A DNA stretch of 64,000 bases, taken from the NCBI GenBank assembly GCA_003246755.1, contig QKDC01000102.1:32804-96803 (forward strand), given 5' to 3'. The DNA is from Gemmatimonadota bacterium (GTDB taxonomy: Bacteria; Gemmatimonadota; Gemmatimonadetes; Gemmatimonadales; GWC2-71-9). Shown here one piece after another: positions 55,145 through 62,173 of this stretch. Position 1 is the first letter of the stretch, and every line of letters begins with the position of its first letter. The notes beneath the pieces are model-generated. The model saw nothing but the letters and a program-made list of their open reading frames with translations. It was not told the DNA's origin and ran no database searches. The translations under genes and the position numbers were made by a program.

Positions 55145-55911
55145 TATCACTCGTCCTCATCGGGTGGGCGGTGCTCGCGGTCGCCCTCGGCCTGCTCTGG
55201 GCCCGTCAGTTGGTCACTAAGAATGCCACCAGTGTCGACGTTGCCTGGTCGGGTGGACTGGCATTTCTGGCTGGGTACTACGCGTGGTTCGCCGAGGGCG
55301 ACACCACCCGCCGGGCGCTGGTGGGAACCCTCGCCGGACTCTGGGCCCTGCGACTGGCATGGCATCTCCTGAGTGATCGTGTGTTGCGACACACGGAGGA
55401 AGACGGTCGCTATCGCGCGCTTCGGGCGGAGTGGGGGTCGCGTGCCGGACGGAACTTCTTCTTCTTCTACCAAGCCCAGGCGGCAGTGGCCGTGCTGTTT
55501 TCCCTCCCCATCCTCGCGGCGATGCGCGGAGGAGCCGTGGATACACTCGCCTGGGCTGGGGTGTTGATATGGTTCGTTGCCGTCGGTGGCGAGACGTTGG
55601 CCGACCACCAACTCGCGCGTTTCAGGGCTGATCCGACGAACCGGGGTCACGTCTGTCAGACGGGTCTTTGGCGCTACTCGCGACACCCGAACTACTTCTT
55701 CGAGTGGGTCCACTGGTGGGCCTACGTTGTGATTGGCACAGGCGCCTGGCTCACCTGGACCGGTCCTGTGCTGATGCTCCTCTTTCTCTTTCGACTCACC
55801 GGGATCCCTTACACCGAACAGCAGGCGCTCCGCAGTCGAGGGGACCGCTATCGCGAGTATCAGCGCACCACGAGCGTGTTCATCCCCTGGTTCCCCCGGA
55901 AGTCGTCGTGA
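55141..55911 (+). CDS. DUF1295 family membrane protein (steroid-reductase/ICMT-like fold)
   Basis: Multi-TM protein with GLWRYSRHPNYFFEWVHWW. ATGA overlap with the upstream gene. Confidence 0.85.
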   Translation: MISLVLIGWAVLAVALGLLWARQLVTKNATSVDVAWSGGLAFLAGYYAWFAEGDTTRRALVGTLAGLWALRLAWHLLSDRVLRHTEEDGRYRALRAEWGSRAGRNFFFFYQAQAAVAVLFSLPILAAMRGGAVDTLAWAGVLIWFVAVGGETLADHQLARFRADPTNRGHVCQTGLWRYSRHPNYFFEWVHWWAYVVIGTGAWLTWTGPVLMLLFLFRLTGIPYTEQQALRSRGDRYREYQRTTSVFIPWFPRKSS

Positions 55912-56954
55912 GTCCCGCACTCGGTGTTGCCTTGGCCGAACGCGGACTGGTGCCGCTTCCTGGGCTTCGGCTCGGTATCCGTCGACTTCTGGTCGAGCGG
56001 CTTCGGGAGCAAGCCGGGGCGCCCGGTATCGAAGACTTTCTCCGCGAACTCGAACGCGCTCCGATTGCGCTCCAGCCGGAGAAGGCCAACCAACAGCATT
56101 ACGAAGTGCCGCCGGCGTTCTTCGAACTCGTGCTCGGCCCACATCTCAAGTACAGCGGCGCCTACTGGCCCGAGGGGACTCGGGACCTCGGGGAGGCAGA
56201 AGCTCGCATGCTCGCCCTGACGTGTGAGCGTGCCGAGCTTGCCGATGGTCAAGCCATCCTGGAGTTGGGTTGCGGATGGGGATCACTGACGCTGTACATG
56301 GCCCGGCAGTTCCCGGCGAGTCGGATCGTCGCGGTATCCAACTCTGCCCCGCAACGACGGTTCATCGAGGCTCGGGCACCAGACAACGTCGAAGTCATCA
56401 CCGCCGATATGAACACATTTGCGACGGATCGCCGGTTCGACCGTGTGGTGAGCGTCGAAATGTTCGAGCACATGCGGAACCATCGCGAATTGCTGCGGCG
56501 CATTGCAGGGTGGCTCGGCGAGGATGGCAGGCTCTTCGTGCATGTGTTCTGCCATCACACATACGCCTACCTGTTCGAGACTGACGGCGAACACGACTGG
56601 ATGGGCCGGTTTTTCTTCACCGCCGGTCTCATGCCGTCCTATGACATGCTGCCTCGGATCGATGGCGACCTCGAACTCGACGCGCGGTGGCCCGTGAACG
56701 GTATTCACTACGCCAGGACGGCTGCGGCGTGGCGAATCAATCTCGAGAGACGTCGTCTGGAGGTAATGCACGTGTTGCGGGACACCTACGGAGGCGACGC
56801 CGAGCGTTGGTACCACCGTTGGCGACTCTTCTTCCTTGCCTGCGAGGAGCTGTTCGCCTATCACGACGGTGAGGAGTGGTTCGTAGGCCACTACCGTTTT
56901 CGGCCGCGCCTGCAACCCGAGTGTGGCCAGAGCACCCAGCCCGCTGATCCATGA
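55908..56954 (+). CDS. Second CMAS-family SAM-dependent methyltransferase
   Basis: GTG 55908 (GTGA overlap). ANQQHYEVPPAFFELVLGPHLKYSGAYW, SAM motif ILELGCGWGSLTLYMA, C-terminal WRLFFLACEELF. Confidence 0.85.
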   Translation: MSPALGVALAERGLVPLPGLRLGIRRLLVERLREQAGAPGIEDFLRELERAPIALQPEKANQQHYEVPPAFFELVLGPHLKYSGAYWPEGTRDLGEAEARMLALTCERAELADGQAILELGCGWGSLTLYMARQFPASRIVAVSNSAPQRRFIEARAPDNVEVITADMNTFATDRRFDRVVSVEMFEHMRNHRELLRRIAGWLGEDGRLFVHVFCHHTYAYLFETDGEHDWMGRFFFTAGLMPSYDMLPRIDGDLELDARWPVNGIHYARTAAAWRINLERRRLEVMHVLRDTYGGDAERWYHRWRLFFLACEELFAYHDGEEWFVGHYRFRPRLQPECGQSTQPADP

Positions 56955-57415
56955 CCTCAAACCTGCTCGAGCGTCGACAAGTGCTTCCCGCGCCCCTGGA
57001 AGAAGTGTTCGCCTTCTTCAAGGACCCGCTCAACCTGAGCATCATCACCCCGCCATGGCTCAATTTTCGTGTGCGCCGGATGACCGATCCGGTCGTGCGA
57101 CGTGGAACCAGGATCGGCTATGACATCAGGTGGATGGGCTTGCCCATGCGATGGGAGTCGGTCATCGCCGAGTACATCGAAGGGGAGCGGTTTGCCGACG
57201 AGATGATTCGAGGACCCTACACCCACTGGTATCATCTCCACTCCTTCCGCCGCGTGCCGAATGGCACCGAAGTGGGCGACCGGGTGGATTACGAACTACC
57301 GCTCGGCCCGGTCGGGAGGCTGGCACACCGTGTTCTGGTCCGCCGGCAACTCGAAGGGATCTTCGACTTCCGCAGGCGCCGATTGGAAAAGATCTTCCCG
57401 AAAGATCCGGGATAG
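56951..57415 (+). CDS. SRPBCC (START/cyclase-dehydrase-like) lipid-binding family protein
   Basis: 154 aa with VFAFFKDPLNLSIITPPWLNF..GPYTHWYHLHSF, typical of the COG4276-type SRPBCC. ATGA overlap with the upstream gene. Confidence 0.75.
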   Translation: MTSNLLERRQVLPAPLEEVFAFFKDPLNLSIITPPWLNFRVRRMTDPVVRRGTRIGYDIRWMGLPMRWESVIAEYIEGERFADEMIRGPYTHWYHLHSFRRVPNGTEVGDRVDYELPLGPVGRLAHRVLVRRQLEGIFDFRRRRLEKIFPKDPG

Positions 57416-57491
57416 GCCCGCCACGGTCCCCCTTGCGCCGACAGGCCGAGAGCCCGATTCTACGAGCTTCAACTCCCAGGACACACCCTCA

Positions 57492-60122
57492 GTGACAGAA
57501 CCCCGGACCCGTCTCGATGCGGCCCTCGCCGACCGCTACCGCCTGGAGCGGGAACTCGGTGCCGGTGGGATGGCCACCGTCTATCTCGCCGAGGACCTCA
57601 AGCACGATCGCAAGGTGGCTGTGAAAGTGCTGCGACCCGAACTCGCGGCCGTGATCGGTGCCGAGCGGTTCCTGCAGGAGATCAAACTCACCGCCAACCT
57701 GCAGCATCCCCATATCCTGCCGCTGCATGACTCGGGGGAGGCCGACAGCTTCCTCTATTACGTCATGCCTTACGTGGAGGGAGAGTCACTCCGGGACAAA
57801 CTCAATCGGGAGAAGCAGTTCGGGGTGGACGAGGCGGTCCGCCTGGCCACCCAGGTCGCGGCGGCGCTCGACTACGCGCACCGGCAGGGCGTGGTCCATC
57901 GGGACATCAAGCCGGAGAACGTCCTGATCCACGATGGCAACGCACAGGTGGCGGATTTCGGGATCGCGCTCGCCGTGAGTGCCGCCGGCAGCAGCCGGAT
58001 GACCGAAACCGGGATGAGCATAGGGACGCCGCAGTACATGAGTCCCGAACAGGCGATGGGGGATCGCGAACTCGACGCCCGAAGTGACATCTATTCCCTT
58101 GCCGCGATGCTCTACGAGATGCTGACCGGTGACCCTCCCTACACGGGGAGCACCGCGCAGGCGATCGTGGCCAAGGTGATCACCGAAAAGGCTCCGCCGG
58201 TGCGCCTGCATCGCGAAACAGTACCCGCCCATGTGTCCGCCGCCATCTCCCATGCGTTGAACAAGCTGCCCGCCGACCGGTTCGCGAGTGCCGCCGACTT
58301 CGCGGATGCTCTGGTTCGACCCGGAGCCATGGGGGCTCTGGCAGACACCAATTCGGAAGCCCCGGTCGCTCAGGTGGCACGACGTCCCTGGTGGCACGTG
58401 GCGGGCGCGCTCGTGCTCGGCGGTGCAGCAACAGCTGTGGCGATGCTCTTCCTCCTCCGCGAGCCGGCCGTTCCCGGTCAGGTCACGCGATTTGAGGTTG
58501 CGCACGATGAGATTGCGCTGCGCTTCTCGGTCAGCCCGGCACTCGCGCTTTCGCCCGACGGATCCCGGCTCGTCTTCCCGGGCAGCGAGGGGCTCTACCT
58601 CCGGGACATGGACAAGTTGGAGATCCGACTCCTTCCCGCGACCGAAAACGCAGTGAATGTCTCTTTCTCCCCCGACGGTGAGTGGATCCTTTACGATCAG
58701 AGCAACGAATTGAAGAAGGTTCGCCTTGCTGGTGGGGGCGCCATCACGCTGGCTCGAGGTATCGCTCGGGGAGCGTCGTGGGGCCCCGACGGCACGATCG
58801 CATACGCCAGTCCGGGTGGCGACCTGGTGCAAATGACAGACGCCGGGGCCAACCCGCGAGTCATCACACGGCCCGACACCGCCCAAGGTGAGGTAGAACA
58901 CCGCTATCCTGATGTCCTGCCTGCAGGTCGGGGTGTGCTCCTGACGGTGTGGAAGCAAGCTGCGCAGGATGCGCACATTGCGGTGTACGACGCCAATGCC
59001 GGCATGGTCAAAGACCTCGGCCCTGGCATCAGCGCACGCTATGTCGAGAGTGGATTCATCATGTACGGCGATCCCGTGGGTGGGGCCCTCCTCGCGGCCC
59101 CCTTCGACCTCGAACGCCTGGAAATGGGGAGTCCCGTGCCGGTCCTCGAGGGAGTGTCGATGACGACTGCGGTCGGGGGGCTCCATGCGACGGTTTCACG
59201 GTCGGGCGCCCTCGCCTATCTGACCGGGGCGCAGCGTGGCTCCAACCTCCTCAGAGTGGACCGTCGTGGGACGGCGGTCTCCCTCACCGAAGAGAAAAGG
59301 GGCTTCTGGGAACCTCGTTTTTCGCCCGATGGGCGACGCATCGCCGTGCGAGTGGGCGGGGAAAATGACGACATTTGGATCTATGACCTCGAAGGGAAAA
59401 CCCAGACCCGACTGACCGTGGAGGGGTCGAATCAGGACCCTGCGTGGACTCCCGATGGGCAGCGCGTGACCTTCTCTTCGGAGCGCAACGGGGTCAGGGG
59501 AATCTTCACACGGCCCTGGGATGGGAGCGCGGCCGCCGAGTCGTTGGTGACCGTCACGTTCCCGCAGGTGCATGCTGGAGGCTGGGCACCGGACGGGTCG
59601 TTGTTCGTCTATCGAGTCGTGGTCGATGCCGGCAACCGCGATCTTTATACCGTGGCTTCGACCGGTGGTTCGCCCACCCCGTTCCTCTCGACGGACTTCG
59701 ATGAGACCGCGCCTCAGATCTCTCCGAATGGCAGGTGGCTCGCTTACCAATCGAACGAATCGGGTCGCTTCGAGGTCTACGTGCGTCCCTTCCCGGGCGG
59801 AGGTGGCAGGATCCCGATTTCGACCAACGGCGGTGTTGAAGCGGTCTGGGGACCCGACGGCAAGGAGTTGTTCTACATCAACAACGACGGTGATCTGATC
59901 AGCGTCCAGGTCGAGTCGGCAGGCGCCTTCCGGGTCGGAGAGCGGGTTCCCATGTTCAGCGTCTCGGACTACAACCGACGCATCGTCGACGTCAACTACG
60001 ACATCTCCCCCGACGGTCAGTCGTTCGTGATGATGCGGGCGGAGGGCTCAGCCCGCGGCCTGATCCTGGTGCAGAACTGGATCGAGGAGGTACGACAAGC
60101 CGTCGGGCCAAGCGGCCGCTGA
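57492..60122 (+). CDS. Ser/Thr protein kinase with TM helix and PD40/TolB-like beta-propeller (paralog of 36764..39535)
   Basis: GTG 57492 gives VTEPRTRLDAALADRYRLERELGAGGMATVYLA. HRDIKPEN, DFG, SPEQ. TM helix ALVLGGAATAVAMLFLL. Repeated SPDG motifs. Confidence 0.88.
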   Translation: MTEPRTRLDAALADRYRLERELGAGGMATVYLAEDLKHDRKVAVKVLRPELAAVIGAERFLQEIKLTANLQHPHILPLHDSGEADSFLYYVMPYVEGESLRDKLNREKQFGVDEAVRLATQVAAALDYAHRQGVVHRDIKPENVLIHDGNAQVADFGIALAVSAAGSSRMTETGMSIGTPQYMSPEQAMGDRELDARSDIYSLAAMLYEMLTGDPPYTGSTAQAIVAKVITEKAPPVRLHRETVPAHVSAAISHALNKLPADRFASAADFADALVRPGAMGALADTNSEAPVAQVARRPWWHVAGALVLGGAATAVAMLFLLREPAVPGQVTRFEVAHDEIALRFSVSPALALSPDGSRLVFPGSEGLYLRDMDKLEIRLLPATENAVNVSFSPDGEWILYDQSNELKKVRLAGGGAITLARGIARGASWGPDGTIAYASPGGDLVQMTDAGANPRVITRPDTAQGEVEHRYPDVLPAGRGVLLTVWKQAAQDAHIAVYDANAGMVKDLGPGISARYVESGFIMYGDPVGGALLAAPFDLERLEMGSPVPVLEGVSMTTAVGGLHATVSRSGALAYLTGAQRGSNLLRVDRRGTAVSLTEEKRGFWEPRFSPDGRRIAVRVGGENDDIWIYDLEGKTQTRLTVEGSNQDPAWTPDGQRVTFSSERNGVRGIFTRPWDGSAAAESLVTVTFPQVHAGGWAPDGSLFVYRVVVDAGNRDLYTVASTGGSPTPFLSTDFDETAPQISPNGRWLAYQSNESGRFEVYVRPFPGGGGRIPISTNGGVEAVWGPDGKELFYINNDGDLISVQVESAGAFRVGERVPMFSVSDYNRRIVDVNYDISPDGQSFVMMRAEGSARGLILVQNWIEEVRQAVGPSGR

Positions 60123-60401
60123 GTGTTGTCCTCCGACAGCCGGCGGGACTACTGGCGACGGAACCTCACCTATGTCGGCGTACTCCTCGCCGTTTGGTTC
60201 ACGGTGTCGTACGGCTTCGGCATCCTCCTCGTCGACCAACTCAACCTGATCCGCATCGGGGGTTTCCAACTCGGCTTCTGGTTCGCCCAGCAAGGCTCCA
60301 TCTACGTCTTCGTATTGTTGATCCTCATCTACGTCCGGCTGATGAACCGGCTGGACCGCGAGTTCGACGTCGATGAGCGCGAAGAGGGAGAGATGCAATG
60401 A
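60123..60401 (+). CDS. DUF4212 small subunit of a solute:sodium symporter
   Basis: 92 aa with 2 TM helices, YWRRNL..GFWFAQQGSIYVFVLLI. Its stop overlaps the start of the large SSS subunit; its own start immediately follows the kinase stop. Confidence 0.8.
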   Translation: MLSSDSRRDYWRRNLTYVGVLLAVWFTVSYGFGILLVDQLNLIRIGGFQLGFWFAQQGSIYVFVLLILIYVRLMNRLDREFDVDEREEGEMQ

Positions 60402-62104
60402 ACGTCGGCGCTTGGACGTTCGTCATGGTTGCTGTCTCCTTCGCTCTCTACATCGGTGTCGCCATCTGGTCGCGAGCACGCTCGACTGGCGAGTTCTACA
60501 TCGCCGCCGCACAGGTGCACCCCGTGATGAACGGGATGGCCACCGCCGCCGACTGGATGAGTGCCGCGAGCTTCATCAGCATGGCCGGCCTCATCGCCTT
60601 CATGGGATACGATGGGTCGGTCTATCTCATGGGATGGACCGGCGGTTATGTGCTGCTTGCGCTCCTCCTCGCCCCCTACCTCCGGAAATTCGGCAAGTTC
60701 ACGGTTCCTGATTTCGTGGGTGATCGGTACTACTCGCAGACCGCGCGCATCGTGGCGGTGATCTGCGCGCTTTTCGTCTCGTTCACCTACGTGGCGGGAC
60801 AAATGCGCGGTGTCGGTATCGTCTTCTCCCGGTTTCTCGGCGTCGACATCACCCAGGGCGTGCTGATCGGCATGGGGATCGTGTTCTTCTACGCGGTGCT
60901 CGGTGGAATGAAAGGGATCACCTACACCCAGGTGGCCCAGTACTGCGTGCTGATCTTTGCCTATCTCGTGCCTGCGATCTTCATCTCGCTGCTGCTGACC
61001 GGCGTGATCGTTCCGCAGGTCGGGTTCGGCTCTACACTGGCCGATGGGTCGGGGACTTTTCTGCTCGACAAACTCGACGGGCTCACCACCGAGCTGGGTT
61101 TCGGTGCCTTCACGGCCGGACGCAAGTCGACACTCGACGTCTTCTTCATCACCGCGGCTCTCATGGTGGGAACTGCCGGTCTCCCGCATGTGATCGTCCG
61201 GTTCTACACCGTCCGCAAGGTGCGCCAGGCCAGGAGTTCTGCCGGCTGGGCCCTCTTCTTCATTGCCCTGCTCTATACCACGGCACCCGCGGTCGCCGCC
61301 TTCGCGCGGACCAACCTGATCACCACGGTGTCGAACGCGCCGTATGCGGAGGTGCCGTCGTGGTTCACCAATTGGGAGACCACGGGGCTCATTGCCTTCG
61401 ACGACAAGAACGGTGACGGGCTCATCCAATACACCGGCCCAGCCTCCGCCACGCCCAACGAGTTGACCATCGACCGCGACATCATGGTGCTCGCCAACCC
61501 CGAGATCGCCCGGCTTCCCAATTGGGTGGTTGGGCTGGTGGCGGCCGGCGGGCTCGCAGCGGCGCTCTCCACTGCGGCCGGGCTCCTGCTGGTCATCTCC
61601 ACCTCGGTGGCGCACGACCTGATGAAACGGGTCATCCGGCCTTCGATCACCGAACACCGGGAGCTCTTGACCGCGCGGGTGGCTGCCGGTCTCGCGGTGA
61701 TCGTGGCCGGGTACTTCGGCATTCACCCACCGGGATTCGTCGCCGAGGTGGTGGCACTGGCCTTCGGCCTCGCGGCTGCGTCCTTCTTCCCGGCGATCAT
61801 CATGGGGATCTTCACCAAGCGGATGAACATGCCGGGTGCCGTGAGCGGTATGGTGGCGGGGATCACCTTCACCGCAGGCTACATCGGCTACTTCAAGTTT
61901 TTGCACCCCGAACTCAATACGGCAGCAGACTGGTGGTTTGGTATTTCACCGGAGGGCATTGGGACGCTCGGGATGCTGATCAACTTCGCCGTGGCTGCGA
62001 CGATTTCGGCTTTCACCGCTCCCCCACCAGAGGACGTTCAGCGGATGGTGGAGGAGATCCGGGTTCCGCGGGGAGCAGGACCGGGCCACGAACTCTCGGC
62101 CTGA
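60398..62104 (+). CDS. Sodium:solute symporter family permease (cation/acetate symporter-like)
   Basis: 568 aa, ~13 TM helices, SSS motifs (GMATAADWMSAASFISMAG, GLPHVIVRFYT). Paired with DUF4212. Confidence 0.88.
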   Translation: MNVGAWTFVMVAVSFALYIGVAIWSRARSTGEFYIAAAQVHPVMNGMATAADWMSAASFISMAGLIAFMGYDGSVYLMGWTGGYVLLALLLAPYLRKFGKFTVPDFVGDRYYSQTARIVAVICALFVSFTYVAGQMRGVGIVFSRFLGVDITQGVLIGMGIVFFYAVLGGMKGITYTQVAQYCVLIFAYLVPAIFISLLLTGVIVPQVGFGSTLADGSGTFLLDKLDGLTTELGFGAFTAGRKSTLDVFFITAALMVGTAGLPHVIVRFYTVRKVRQARSSAGWALFFIALLYTTAPAVAAFARTNLITTVSNAPYAEVPSWFTNWETTGLIAFDDKNGDGLIQYTGPASATPNELTIDRDIMVLANPEIARLPNWVVGLVAAGGLAAALSTAAGLLLVISTSVAHDLMKRVIRPSITEHRELLTARVAAGLAVIVAGYFGIHPPGFVAEVVALAFGLAAASFFPAIIMGIFTKRMNMPGAVSGMVAGITFTAGYIGYFKFLHPELNTAADWWFGISPEGIGTLGMLINFAVAATISAFTAPPPEDVQRMVEEIRVPRGAGPGHELSA

Positions 62105-62173
62105 CCGCCAGATCCTGCGCGATCAGGCCTTGCGCCCGGCCCGGCTGCCCCCGATTGTCCTAGGCATCCAACC

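Noticed and set aside
45572-57415. Possibility that the light island is a mobile or horizontally acquired element
   Set aside because: There is no integrase, transposase, tRNA attachment site or flanking direct repeats. The boundaries are stop-codon overlaps with neighbouring genes, and the base composition looks like the rest of the window.
57786-61906. 466-aa and 525-aa minus-strand ORFs (57786-59186, 60329-61906), and similar ORFs at 53840-54913, 55147-56142, 23006-24325 and 27008-28024
   Set aside because: All are antisense to genes with strong family signatures (kinase, SSS symporter, CFA synthase, DUF1295, ABC permease, beta-CASP). They are treated as non-coding shadows.
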